NCBI RefSeq assembly: GCF_001194135.2 | Contig: NC_068986.1 | Location: forward strand, 98,532,210-98,596,076 | Direction of reading: 5' to 3' | DNA: 63,867 bases | DNA from: Octopus bimaculoides | Lineage: Eukaryota | In this document: piece by piece, positions 1-13,070 of the stretch | How the letters are laid out: every line of letters begins with the position of its first letter | Position numbering within the stretch: the stretch's first letter is position 1 | Translations under genes and position numbers: made by a program | Notes under the pieces: generated by a model | Seen by the model: only the letters and a program-made list of their open reading frames with translations | The model's database searches: none | Told to the model about the DNA's origin: nothing

Positions 1-59
1 TATATATACATATATGAAGTTTTCATTTCATAATTGTACCACATATATGATTGGGATTA

Positions 60-900
60 CGATTATAGAAAAACGGTGGCAGTTATATAAAAACCATCTA
101 AGCAAGATTTAGCCGAAATAGAATTTCTTTTCGTCTAAGATATTGAGGGCTTAATTAAGAAAATTGGAATTCCATACAAAACAGATGATTACTTATCGAT
201 TCTATAGATGGAACCATGAAAGCTGTTTTACTGTATAATTGACCATCTCCTGGACGTTCTTTATTTATGCCACATTCGTTGTAATCAGTACTCAGAAACG
301 AGAAGCATGGAGCTCCAACTAAGAAGTATGAATTATTGTGACCCAATTTGCTATTGTTTATTTGTTATTTTTGGGCTGATCAAAACGTATTGGATGTATT
401 ACGGGGCTTCACGCTGATTGCATTAGATGATCAAATTATCTACGTCTTTATTGGGAGCAGGTATATTTCGCAATATTTTTATACGGTAGATAAGAGCATC
501 TAGAAAATAGTTTTTATTTGATATGGATAGTGTTGAAACTTTAGCACTACTAAATGAAAGGAAATATAATTTATTATGATCAGACATTTTGAAAGCTCTG
601 GTGTGACCCACATACGTATTTTTTCTCTAAGTCATGGAAACTCAACCACAGCAGCAATCAGTAACAACAATTAAATTCGGATATGATAAGCTAACTCTCA
701 ATTCCACTGCGCGGCAACTCGTGCAATTATAACTTCAAGAAAACCAATTACTTATGATTGTGATTGAGTTAACAATTCCGAGAAACTGCTCCGTTTTTTA
801 ACAGGTAAATGTAGTCCAGTATCGGGTTTTAAATAATCATTGAACGCGTTTCGCGAGTTCCACTGCATTCAAAGCATTAATATAACAACTATTTGGTCTG
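60..900 (-). mobile_element. Very degenerate Penelope-like GIY-YIG endonuclease remnant (tentative)
   Basis: Minus-strand fragments YNCTSCRAV and KNTYVGHTRAFKMSDH resemble the NC.S.NVIY...YIG.T.R motif of PLE GIY-YIG domains; frames are broken by many stops. Confidence 0.3.
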
Positions 901-1339
901 GAAGGTCCAGGAAATTGCCGTGGGTTAAGTTCTCTTCCTTCTCTGAGATTACCATTAAAGAGGATATGAAGAAAAAGAACGTGAATAGAACTCAGAGCAT
1001 CATACAAGTCACACATTATTTATATAAATGCACAATACTCGCACGGTACTGTGTTACAAAAAAAGAATTAGACTCCTTGAGAATAACAGTCAAATCATCA
1101 TCAAAATTTAATGTATTATCGTAAGGTACGAGATATTAGATAATGCATATATCTCCTGTGGAAAACATCTTCTGTCATTCCTCTAAATTATTACTTCCAA
1201 TTATGGTTGCAATATAGCGTCCAATCTGACAGCGGTTCTGGAAGCAATCTAATGCTGTTACACCAAGATTACTTTCGTGCAAAGATGAGCAAGAGAAAAG
1301 ACGCGAAAGATGTGCTGTGATAAGTAAGTGTATGGAAAC

Positions 1340-1680
1340 CTAGATGATTTAGTGCTTAAACGGAGAATTGAAGGCTGTACCAACGCTCGAAATGGACGCT
1401 ACTGCGTTGTACCAAACATCCTCTCCATCTAAGCTGACTCCAACACTTTAAAAGCTTAGTGACCAAGGGCTCGTAAATTCTCCATAGCTTTAAAATGAAA
1501 AAGAACCCCACAACTCGTAGATGAAGATGTTTTCAAAAGGAATTTAGATAAATTTTTATCTGAAATAGCAGATGAACCAATATCATGCAAATAACGCAAA
1601 GGTGACGAGAGCTGAACAACTCCGAAACCAAACGCGGAGAGCAAAACGTGGAACCTGAAATAAACTAAGTACACTAATGG
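1340..1680 (+). mobile_element. Old 3' fragment of a CR1/L2-group LINE
   Basis: Encodes ARNGRYCVVP and VDEDVFKRNLDKFLSEIADEP, matching by eye the C-terminus of the LINE at 26385-27620 and the copy at 20365-20585. Confidence 0.6.
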
Positions 1681-2094
1681 CAGTGCCCAGCAAGTTACCA
1701 GCAACGCTCACGATTGCATCTGGTAAAATGAAGTCCAGTACAATTTGCTACATAGTGAATTCACCGCTGTCTAAACTAGGTGTCTCACAAGGTTAGCCTG
1801 GTGAAAAGGATTACTAGAAATCTAGCAGGACAAAATTCAGTTCCTGTTAAGGACGCATTCAACGTGGATTTAGTTAGTAAGGAAGAAATATTTGTCATGA
1901 TGAACAAGCGTGCCGCAATACCACTTAGGAATAATGAATCCCAGGTTCTTGTTAGATCTGTCACAAAGAAAGGTTCTCTGATGTAAAACCTGAGAATCTT
2001 TCGGGTTCTGTTCGTCGCAGCAAATGATGGCCCACCGTGAGATAAGCTATTCTATCTGGAAAGTAAGTGCAATTTTGTATACTCTTCAGTCTTA

Positions 2095-3040
2095 ATAATC
2101 AATTCTATGCAAAGAAACTTCTTGGAAAACACAAAGTTCCGTGATACGAGTGGATATTAGAACATATCAGCTTTCCCAGTTGCTTTCTGATACTGTTCCC
2201 AAGGACCCAACGATAATTGGCACTATCATCATCTTCTTCATTTTCCATAGCCGGGCTATTTCGTACTTAAGAGGGTTGTATTTATCTACCTTTTCGCCTT
2301 CCTTCTTGATTATTCGTGTGTCACAGGGTCATACAACATCAACTGCATAGCATATGTGGTGCATCTTTTCCATCTCTACTAGGTCCAGTCTGTGATGCTC
2401 TAGCACCTGATCTGTTTCGATACTTTTTCCAAGCAGTCGCTCAACATTCAATGGAATACCAAATAGGTTCATACATTCCATAATCCAAGAATGTAGTATC
2501 ATATCGTACACCTTACGATAGTTGATCCATGACATGGCTAAGTTAGTTTTCCTCCTCTTGCAGTCTCTAAGTACAGTTTTGTCTATCAAGAGTTGATCCT
2601 TGGTACCTCTGCACTTACGCTTGCAACCCTTCTGCTCATGTGGCAGGACTCCATTTTCTCCAGATGTTCATACATTGACTCTGTGAGTATTCCAGTCAAT
2701 AACTTCCACATAAGTGGCAAACAAGATATCGACCTGTAATTGTCTACCGTATTGCCGTTTGCGATGTTTTTCAAGCACAGCACTGTCCTACTCAATGTGA
2801 ACCACTCTAGTGTTACTCGGTCGGCATTTAGATAGGTGTTGAGTTGCGCAGCTATTCGTGCATGACATTCACCAAATCTTTTGATCCAGTAGCCTTGAAC
2901 TCCATCTGGTCCCGGGGTCTTCCAGTTGCTCATTTTTTTTTTGCTGATTTCCTTCACTTCCCTAACTGAAATGACTAGTTCTGCCGGTTTTGGACAGACT
3001 AATGCTTGTTTCAGTTCTGGCAACCATTCAGCAAGTTGTT
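2095..3040 (-). mobile_element. R4/Dong-clade non-LTR retrotransposon remnant, internally deleted
   Basis: RT N-terminus ([59 protein letters not shown]) is joined directly to an RLE C-terminus (HHRLDLV..CYAVDV, VDKYNPLKYEIARLWKM, IVPIIVGSLGTVS). Confidence 0.85.
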
Positions 3041-3047
3041 GCTGTTG

Positions 3048-3050
<3 letters not shown>

Positions 3051-3099
<49 letters not shown>

Positions 3100-3104
3100 C
3101 ATCA

Positions 3105-3186
<82 letters not shown>
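3051..3186. repeat. (TAT/TAA)n microsatellite
   Basis: Direct reading; source of the poly-I/poly-L/poly-Y ORFs. Confidence 0.98.
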
Positions 3187-3320
3187 GCAGGCGTCTAAGA
3201 CGCCTAGTTATTTGAATCGCTAAAGCATCAAACGACTTTTGCGTTTATTTTTTTTAGTTTTTGTTCTGACTCTTTACGTCGTGAATTCAAATCCCGCTGA
3301 GTCAAGTTTTCCGATGAATC
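3187..3320 (+). mobile_element. Degenerate tRNA-derived SINE head (family of 37284-37497)
   Basis: aggcg...gaatcgctaaagca...gtgaattcaaatcccgctgagtcaag resembles the reverse complement of the 37.3-kb copy. Confidence 0.5.
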
Positions 3321-4186
3321 AAATATTGTATAAACGCATTATCTGAAAGAAGAAAGTGATATCCAAAGACGAAATGCAATAGCTATCAGCGTATTCACGT
3401 TCAAATCTGCCGGAATATATTAAGAATGAATATGTACGTCGTTGTTTTGGTTCACGCTGTTCTTCGTGCAAACAACACGTTACTGTCGGGCTGGACGCAA
3501 TCAGGACTCATTAGCAAATATTTCATTGGCTGAATTCTATAAATAAGTCACCAGTCTTGCTTAGTTTCGTTAATCCAGTGTTAGCATTGACTAAAGAGAC
3601 ACAACGCAACTTAGTCGACACACGTGAGTAATAAGGATACCATACTTCAATGAACTTAGTATATGGTGAATACTCATCGATGAGATGAGCTGTTCTCCGA
3701 AACCGGAACACAACAACGATTAGTATGTTCGCGTTCAAGTCTGCCAGAATGTATTAAGTGTAAACATGTACGCTTTCGTGTATTTTGATTTGTTTTTCCT
3801 GTATTGGATAAAGTAATTACGGTGATATGTTTTTCAATACTTAATGAAAATATTATGTGATTGGTATGCATGCAAGGCCTGAGTATTTTGTTATAAGTTT
3901 CTTTGCTTGTTTTTTAATCATTTCAACTCAATCTTGTATTATACTAATGTTTCTGTTTTGAACCGCCACAATTTGTTCATCAGCATTTCATTATATGCTT
4001 ATATTTATTTAGATTATCCTTTTAGATCTCATTGTGATACATTAAGGTCTGTTGAGGGATCAGGAGATACTTCATTTCCTGATGGTCTTTGACATTAATA
4101 TCCGGCCGTTTTACCTTATCAGTTTGTTTATGCGGATACAAATATCCCATAACATAATCATTATTACGTTCTTCGACAAATATTCC

Positions 4187-4223
<37 letters not shown>

Positions 4224-5856
4224 NNNNNNNNNNNNNNNNNNNNNNNNNNNNNNNNNNNNNNNNNNNNNNNNNNNNNNNNNNNNNNNNNNNNNNNNNNNNN
4301 NNNNNNNNNNNNNNNNNNNNNNNNNNNNNNNNNNNNNNNNNNNNNNNNNNNNNNNNNNNNNNNNNNNNNNNNNNNNNNNNNNNNNNNNNNNNNNNNNNNN
4401 NNNNNNNNNNNNNNNNNNNNNNNNNNNNNNNNNNNNNNNNNNNNNNNNNNNNNNNNNNNNNNNNNNNNNNNNNNNNNNNNNNNNNNNNNNNNNNNNNNNN
4501 NNNNNNNNNNNNNNNNNNNNNNNNNNNNNNNNNNNNNNNNNNNNNNNNNNNNNNNNNNNNNNNNNNNNNNNNNNNNNNNNNNNNNNNNNNNNNNNNNNNN
4601 NNNNNNNNNNNNNNNNNNNNNNNNNNNNNNNNNNNNNNNNNNNNNNNNNNNNNNNNNNNNNNNNNNNNNNNNNNNNNNNNNNNNNNNNNNNNNNNNNNNN
4701 NNNNNNNNNNNNNNNNNNNNNNNNNNNNNNNNNNNNNNNNNNNNNNNNNNNNNNNNNNNNNNNNNNNNNNNNNNNNNNNNNNNNNNNNNNNNNNNNNNNN
4801 NNNNNNNNNNNNNNNNNNNNNNNNNNNNNNNNNNNNNNNNNNNNNNNNNNNNNNNNNNNNNNNNNNNNNNNNNNNNNNNNNNNNNNNNNNNNNNNNNNNN
4901 NNNNNNNNNNNNNNNNNNNNNNNNNNNNNNNNNATATATATATATATATATATATACTCATAAATAAGTAGTAAAAGATGTGGATTCAGAGAATCGTGCA
5001 GCTATCGCAGAAAGCTCATCTTGCGGACTCGGTTAACCGTCCACACAATGATCAACTACGAAGACGTCTAATGTAGATAGTCCATGTTACTGATTCAGAA
5101 GATCCGATAGATGAAGGTACTTCGTGAGGACTACATAAAATCGATAAAATCAGGAGATATGAGAGGTAAATATATATTTACTTAACCACGTGGCTTCCAT
5201 TGGAAAGTTGAGTCATTAGTGTAAGCATAATATTCCCAAGATCTGATGATTTAGTTTTCTTTAGATGCATTAATTTGTGGATGTACTATTGTATTGTATT
5301 GCCAAGCATATTAACATAAACATTTATGCATAATTTCTTCCATACTGGAATTAAGACTACATGAAGAAGATTGTAACACAATTTTATGCTAACTTAAGCA
5401 CCCGTGCACATGCAAAAAACACATGAACATATGTACATCTGTATGTAATATATGTACATATATNNNNNNNNNNACTACTATCCCTCCAATTAGATTATAT
5501 AGAATTTAAATTCTTGTTTGATTTACTAGTCTGTTAAATAACAGCACAGTCGAGATGGTATGTTTTCTTCTCTTACTCTTGTTTTTTGCACACATCTTCA
5601 AAATGACTTTCTAAAATGAAATTCCATTATGCAGCTGAGGAGTACATTTTCATTATACATTCTATGTAGTGTTCTCACATCATGAATAAATGGGGCTTGT
5701 TCGAAACGTACGTACTGCTATAACCTATTGAATTTTTGTTGCTTTTCGTCAAATTTTATTCACCAAATTTCTTGATTTTGTTTCTGATTTTTACCCTACC
5801 AAATTCTGGTGCCTCAAACATTTTAGGTACCACATTTAATCTTTTGATTAAATCTA

Positions 5857-5907
<51 letters not shown>

Positions 5908-6959
5908 NNNNNNNNNNNNNNNNNNNNNNNNNNNNNNNNNNNNNNNNNNNNNNNNNNNNNNNNNNNNNNNNNNNNNNNNNNNNNNNNNNNNNNNNNNNNN
6001 NNNNNNNNNNNNNNNNNNNNNNNNNNNNNNNNNNNNNNNNNNNNNNNNNNNNNNNNNNNNNNNNNNNNNNNNNNNNNNNNNNNNNNNNNNNNNNNNNNNN
6101 NNNNNNNNNNNNNNNNNNNNNNNNNNNNNNNNNNNNNNNNNNNNNNNNNNNNNNNNNNNNNNNNNNNNNNNNNNNNNNNNNNNNNNNNNNNNNNNNNNNN
6201 NNNNNNNNNNNNNNNNNNNNNNNNNNNNNNNNNNNNNNNNNNNNNNNNNNNNNNNNNNNNNNNNNNNNNNNNNNNNNNNNNNNNNNNNNNNNNNNNNNNN
6301 NNNNNNNNNNNNNNNNNNNNNNNNNNNNNNNNNNNNNNNNNNNNNNNNNNNNNNNNNNNNNNNNNNNNNNNNNNNNNNNNNNNNNNNNNNNNNNNNNNNN
6401 NNNNNNNNNNNNNNNNNNNNNNNNNNNNNNNNNNNNNNNNNNNNNNNNNNNNNNNNNNNNNNNNNNNNNNNNNNNNNNNNNNNNNNNNNNNNNNNNNNNN
6501 NNNNNNNNNNNNNNNNNNNNNNNNNNNNNNNNNNNNNNNNNNNNNNNNNNNNNNNNNNNNNNNNNNNNNNNNNNNNNNNNNNNNNNNNNNNNNNNNNNNN
6601 NNNNNNNNNNNNNNNNNNNNNNNNNNNNNNNNNNNNNNNNNNNNNNNNNNNNNNNNNNNNNNNNNNNNNNNNNNNNNNNNNNNNNNNNNNNNNNNNNNNN
6701 NNNNNNNNNNNNNNNNNNNNNNNNNNNNNNNNNNNNNNNNNNNNNNNNNNNNNNNNNNNNNNNNNNNNNNNNNNNNNNNNNNNNNNNNNNNNNNNNNNNN
6801 NNNNNNATATATATATATATTTAAAGATATATATATATATATATGTATATATATGATAGTTGAACCTAAAGTTATGCAAAAGTGAACGAAGACAGCATAG
6901 CTTTGTTTATGAACTAGTATAGATGGTTCAAATTTCACATCTTGTAGACTAATAATTCA

Positions 6960-7960
6960 TTTATACAGAGATACTTGTGAACATAGACCCCATCATATGC
7001 AATGGCTTAACCATCTTGTTGAAGCCAAATCTCGATTCCCCTTTGAGAAATTCGTGTGTGTACACTGATGTAACCATCTACTTTGGAGATAACTCATCTG
7101 TGTCCTCAAATCTTAGATCCTGAAGACAGTACTTCATTGAACCGAACATGTTGTAGCCAGAGGGCTCTAAACCTAGGCTCTGTGGAAGGTGGGTGACCAC
7201 TGGTCAAACCAATTTGCCGATTACCTGATGTGTGTGTGCCCGCATTATCACATTGACTGTAAATCGTTTTCCGACTCTTGGTTTCTTCCTTGTAATGGTT
7301 TCTCAAAGCTATTAAGAGTTCCAATAGATCATTCACTCTGCGCAGAACTGCCACGTACCATTAACTCATAGAGATCACCTTGTAATCGCGTAAAAGAGTT
7401 AACTGTAATCGATGTCAGTTGAACTTCTTGAACCTTGAAGAAGAAGGGTGACAAAATCCAGTGGACTGAGCTTTAAGTTCCGAGTCATAAAGATACGACC
7501 ATGTTTCCATGTTTCATTCCGTGTTGCCGAATCTGGCTTCAAAAGCTTCCCGATATTAGAGTATACTACCCACTTCTCTCATCCAAATTTGGTGTTATCT
7601 GTTGAGGTGCCCATTAGGACAACCATTCCGATACTGGAAGTTATGCATCATCTTCATTAATACATTGTTACTACAGTGCAGCTGTACAGCCAACTCAAGT
7701 ATTGGGTTTCATATGTTCACATGAATCAGTTCTTGCATTCACTGGTGATTTGTGAAACTATCGCACATTATGGCGTCCCACAGCGTGCGGATCTTTCAAT
7801 GCTACTTTTCTGTTCTTCAGATTTCTTCCTTCATCTGTACACATTGCTCTTTTCAATGGTTTCATCTCCTTAAACAGTTTGCAGCCCTCTACACATGGTT
7901 TTTCATCAAGACAAAGCTATATGTTGCTTTTGCTTGGCATTCATTCTTTATGTCCCAAAA
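6960..7960 (-). mobile_element. Degenerate mariner transposase
   Basis: Minus-strand motifs LQTV*GDETIEKSNVYR (HTH region), WAPQQIT (WVPxxL-like), TRNETW (TGDETW), QCDNAGTH and HPPST (DNA..H / HPPYSPDL). Confidence 0.75.
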
Positions 7961-8289
7961 AGAATAGGAAGGACATTTACTGTAGAAGAAGAGTTATTCT
8001 ACCATGTGAAGTTTGAACATCTTACTTCAATTAAAAATTACCCTTTTGTAATACTTTCGGTACATTACTCGGATATACATACAATGTTATATGTGCGCAT
8101 GCGCGTGGGTATGCGTCTGTGTAAGTATGAATATGTATTGCTGAAAACTTGGGAACTATAAATAATGTAATCAATATATTTTCCTAGTCATATATTCCAG
8201 AATTTTTTTCATAATCCGCATATTTATATGAGTCTGGTAGGTAGCTTCCGGTTAGAGGGCTTTATGTGAATATCATGCCTTAATAAAAA

Positions 8290-9330
8290 TAACTGTCTAT
8301 CTGAAACTCGAGTTCTGTGTCTCAAACCCCAAACACTTTCTTATATTTTGAAGTGTCTGTTTCTGGTCTTTTAATTATTTTTGTAGTCATCTCCTTAGCA
8401 TATTACCCTATAGTTATATGTAATATGTTACCCTTTATGTTTTCAGTTTAGTTTGTAGTAGGTTCTTTTATTTTCGTTTTGGTTTTGGCAATTTCGTTAC
8501 TTTTTTCATTCTAAATCTAATTGTTTGTTATCTCAGGAACTGCTTCATATTTGTTGAAGAACTCCAACATTCTTCGCTTGATTTATTCGTGTTTTGTAGC
8601 TATTTGTATTAGTTTCCATTTAATCTTCACTAGATAATTATGTGTTCCCACAGCAGATATCGTTAATTTTCTAGCTAGAGAACGTCCCTCCTATATTCGT
8701 AGTAACTACAATGTTTCTTATCGCGTATATTCTAAAAACAGTGATTTTCTTGTTTTTCTGTCTTGTTTTCCTGATTCACTTAGCACCCAGTGGGGAAAAT
8801 ATAATTTACTACTGGAGCATCAAAAGAATCGGGGGGTGTCCGTTACCTTATGTTTATATTTAACTCTCTTTTAAGCATTAATCTAATTCCTCTATTATAT
8901 TTCTTTTTATCCTTTTCGTTTCTTTAGTGTATGTTGTGCTGTGTCTGGTTCATTAACTTCTAAATATTTGCACTATTGTTTTTGCTGTACTTTTACTTCT
9001 GTGTGTAAATCTAATATGATATTACTAATGTTGATTAGTCTTCGTCTTTCATATAACCTCGCGTTTCTCCTTTTGTTTGTTTTCTCCTAGACTCAATTTA
9101 ATATCTATTCCTCCAGTGAATCTATTTACTCTGTGTAATACTGCGTCCATTTATTTATCATTAGCAGTCTACTGTCTTCCTTTTCAGACATATTTATCAT
9201 ACATTTCTTTTCTATATTTTCTTGGTGTTATTTCCCCCATTCAATGAAAATCCGGCTTTATTTTGCAACATTTCTTCTATATTATCCCTCATTAATCACC
9301 CACGAGGCAATTAAAAGAACAGCTTCATAT
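8290..9330 (-). mobile_element. Old R4/Dong-clade RT thumb-region remnant
   Basis: Minus-strand DAVLHRVNRFTGGIDIKLSLG, KYLEVNE, IKKKYNRGIRLMLKRELN and FDAPVVNY match R4-type RT C-terminal motifs; heavily decayed. Confidence 0.6.
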
Positions 9331-9424
9331 GAAAACTAGTTAACAGTTTATAGCAAGTGTTCAACTGCACCAACACGGGACTATGTTTCTTTTGAGGGGT
9401 TTTAGTATTAGTAAGTGAAGGACA

Positions 9425-9585
9425 CACGCGCATACACGCACATACACACACATACGCACGCATACATAGAGAGATACATTATATACATTCATACATACAC
9501 ATAGATATATATGTATATGCATTAGTATATATAGACACATATAAATGTATATATAAATCTCTGTCTATGTATGTATGTATTTATG

Positions 9586-9615
<30 letters not shown>
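9425..9615. repeat. Compound (CA)/(TA)/(TATG)n microsatellite
   Basis: Direct reading. Confidence 0.9.
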
Positions 9616-9617
<2 letters not shown>

Positions 9618-10337
9618 AAAACTGGATACGAATGGCTTTTCTGACAATTTCTCTGCTTTAATAAAATAGATGTTTATAAATCATTAGGTGTTTACGACGT
9701 ACATTTACATGGAGTACAAAGTCCAGGGTGAAAGAAAACGTACTGCTTTATAATTCTGTCAACTCTAATGATAACAGCTTGTGGGCGTGATTCATTATAG
9801 TTTGTCATTATAGTTTATGGTCATCGTACCGTTACTGTGTGCATACATAAATATATACCCATACATGCAAGCACTAGGTGTATATGTGTTTATATGCCTG
9901 AGTATTTCTTTATATGGCCATACATAAATACTCTTCCATATGCGTGCAGCTAAGTATACCAATGAGTTACATAAAACCTCATACACACATACAATTACAG
10001 ATAGATTAAGTGAGAGATAGGTAGATAATCAAGCAGAGACATTGAGAGATACATTGATTTATTCAGCTTGTCAGATTGAATAATGTCAGGAAATGATAAG
10101 GAAATCCAATTTTTATTGAAATTGATTTACTGCGATCTAAAGTATGCTGTCTCTTTTTTAATGCCCTGCGGAAATGTCTCCCGATCATTATATCGTGAGT
10201 TCAAATCCCACCAACATCAAGTTTGCCTTTTATCCTACTGGATTCCATGAAATGAAGAACCATATAGTTACTGAGTTTCACGGTATCAATAAACTCTTCC
10301 TGCCAAAACACAAGCTTTTTTTTTTTTTGCTTAAATC

Positions 10338-10340
10338 ATA

Positions 10341-10411
<71 letters not shown>

Positions 10412-10412
10412 T
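10338..10412. repeat. (TAA)n microsatellite
   Basis: Direct reading. Confidence 0.98.
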
Positions 10413-11416
10413 GACTGAAAATGGCATGGAAAACCTCTCAATGGCAAATACCCAAAGAGAGCGAATAATGCAGATATTGACAAAGCCCTTACCCATCAAT
10501 GGCTAATAGCCTCTGGCTTGAAATCAGAAACAGAGGGGTTTATTATAGCAGCCCAAGATGAATGCCTACCTACAAAGAACTACCAGGCCAACATATTAAA
10601 GAACGGCAGCTCCCCANNNNNNNNNNNNNNNNNNNNNNNNNNNNNNNNNNNNNNNNNNNNNNNNNNNNNNNNNNNNNNNNNNNNNNNNNNNNNNNNNNNN
10701 NNNNNNNNNNNNNNNNNNNNNNNNNNNNNNNNNNNNNNNNNNNNNNNNNNNNNNNNNNNNNNNNNNNNNNNNNNNNNNNNNNNNNNNNNNNNNNNNNNNN
10801 NNNNNNNNNNNNNNNNNNNNNNNNNNNNNNNNNNNNNNNNNNNNNNNNNNNNNNNNNNNNNNNNNNNNNNNNNNNNNNNNNNNNNNNNNNNNNNNNNNNN
10901 NNNNNNNNNNNNNNNNNNNNNNNNNNNNNNNNNNNNNNNNNNNNNNNNNNNNNNNNNNNNNNNNNNNNNNNNNNNNNNNNNNNNNNNNNNNNNNNNNNNN
11001 NNNNNNNNNNNNNNNNNNNNNNNNNNNNNNNNNNNNNNNNNNNNNNNNNNNNNNNNNNNNNNNNNNNNNNNNNNNNNNNNNNNNNNNNNNNNNNNNNNNN
11101 NNNNNNNNNNNNNNNNNNNNNNNNNNNNNNNNNNNNNNNNNNNNNNNNNNNNNNNNNNNNNNNNNNNNNNNNNNNNNNNNNNNNNNNNNNNNNNNNNNNN
11201 NNNNNNNNNNNNNNNNNNNNNNNGATCTCAAATTTTAAAACAAACACATAATTTTCTTATGGTTTCTTATACATTCACTAGAACAAAACTGTACAAATCC
11301 AAATATATGGTACCCTAGGCATAACACCTACATGAACTTCTAACTTGTTGTCTCTTGAGGTCTCTGGGTGAGACTTGGATCCAACTTGTACAAATGCAAG
11401 GCAAAGTCAAACATAA
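10413..11416 (+). mobile_element. 5'-truncated R4/Dong-clade element, family A, spanning an N-gap
   Basis: HGKPLNGKYP..THQWLIASGLKSETEGFIIAAQDECLPTKNY precedes the gap; a 3' UTR matching 11710-11900 follows it; ends in (TAA)n. Confidence 0.8.
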
Positions 11417-11472
<56 letters not shown>

Positions 11473-11510
11473 TAATAATAATAATAATGATGATGATGAT
11501 GATGATGATA
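11417..11510. repeat. (TAA)n/(TGA)n microsatellite
   Basis: Direct reading. Confidence 0.97.
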
Positions 11511-11897
11511 AAGATCTTGAAATAGAGATTGGCAAAATGTGGAACCTCAAGACTAAAACAATACCTGTTGTCATAGGTGCCTCAGGAATAATAGCAAAAG
11601 GAGCTGATTGCTACCTATCTCAGATACCAGGAAACCCCAAAATGACAGAAATTCAAGAGATAGTGCTCATGGGAACTGCCCATACCCTTCATAACATACT
11701 GTCTATGTAATCTCAAATTTTAAAGCAAACTCATAATTTTCTTATGTTTTCTTAAACATTCTCTAGAACAATAACATGCACAAAACCAAATATATGGCAC
11801 CCTAGGTATAACACCAACATGAACTTCTAACTTGTCTCTTAAAGTCCCTGGGTAAGAATTGGAGACAACTTGTACAAATACAAAGTAAAAGTCAAAC

Positions 11898-11900
<3 letters not shown>
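11511..11900 (+). mobile_element. 5'-truncated R4/Dong-clade element, family A, second tandem copy
   Basis: RLE C-terminus KDLEIEIGKMWNLKTKTIPVVIGASG..IVLMGTAH, then a 3' UTR similar to 11225-11415 and a (TAA)n tail. Confidence 0.85.

Positions 11901-11987
<87 letters not shown>
11900..11987. repeat. (TAA)n microsatellite
   Basis: Direct reading. Confidence 0.98.
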
Positions 11988-11988
<1 letters not shown>

Positions 11989-12640
11989 CTTGAAACATTT
12001 AACTACTGGATGCTAAAGCCCATTGAAAACCATGAAAAAACGTAAGAAGCTTCATTCCGTTATGAAGGAGAGCAAAACAAAATTTCAAGTGAGCTTATGC
12101 ATAATACCCAGGTTGAACAGCATGAGAGAAGTGCAGTAACTGTAGTTGCAAAGAAGGTGAAATCAATAGCAAAGCAAAATGCGCTGGAACAATTGACTGA
12201 TGGGAACAAAAACCTCTGCATGGCAAATATGTGGCCAGTAACAAACAAGCTGATGTAGACCAGAAGCACACCCATCAGTGGCTACGGAGCTCAGGGCTAA
12301 AGGCAGAGAGTGAAGGCTTTATCTTGGCTGCCCAAAATCAGAGCTTATTGACTCGAAACTATGAAGCCAACGTGATGAAAAAGGGAGTAGACTCAAAGTC
12401 TACAACGATACTGCAATGGTGTGATAGAAACAGTCGACCACCTAATCTCTGGATGTAAGGTTTTAGCTCCTGTAGAGTAAAAATCAAGACATGACAGAAT
12501 TGTTCAATATCTACATTGGTTAATATGTCGGCATTATAAAATCAAAACTCCTGACAAATGCGACAAGCACCATCCTGAAGATGTAACTGACGGAGAAAAT
12601 GTAGCTATTCTTTGGAACTTCCCAGTGTGTACAGACATTG
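11988..12640 (+). mobile_element. R4/Dong-clade fragment (family B) with CCHC-type zinc-knuckle region
   Basis: KPLHGKY..THQWLRSSGLKAESEGFILAAQNQSLLTRNY, then YCNGVIETVDHLISGCKVLAP..RHDRIVQYLHWLICRHY..AILWNFPVCTD. Confidence 0.85.
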
Positions 12641-12654
12641 TTGTGATAGACAAT

Positions 12655-12745
12655 TCCTTTATCTTCCGCTTGATGCCTTCTGATACTGTTCCCAAGAACC
12701 CAACAATAAGTGAGACTATCTTGACCCTCTGCATTTTCCATTATT
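12655..12745 (-). mobile_element. Short RLE C-terminal fragment in the opposite orientation
   Basis: MQRVKIVSLIVGFLGTVSEGIK parallels IVPIIVGSLGTVS at ~2180-2240. Confidence 0.55.
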
Positions 12746-12919
12746 TTTATTATCATTATTGAGTGAGAGAGCAGTGCATGCCATCAAAGTGACACTGGGG
12801 TACAAATATACGAAGCCCATTATACCCATCATGACTACCCGTCTGATAAGGGTACACCAGGCACATGCAGCACAACCATATGTGCGCGACATGGTGATCT
12901 CATATCAAGATAAACAGCG

Positions 12920-13070
<151 letters not shown>

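Noticed and set aside
2926-3223. Poly-Y/poly-I/poly-L ORFs
   Set aside because: Translations of the (TAT)n microsatellite.
12745-12915. Non-simple segment between R4 fragments that I recall as a common octopus repeat
   Set aside because: Only one copy in the window and no diagnostic motif; cannot be supported from the sequence alone.
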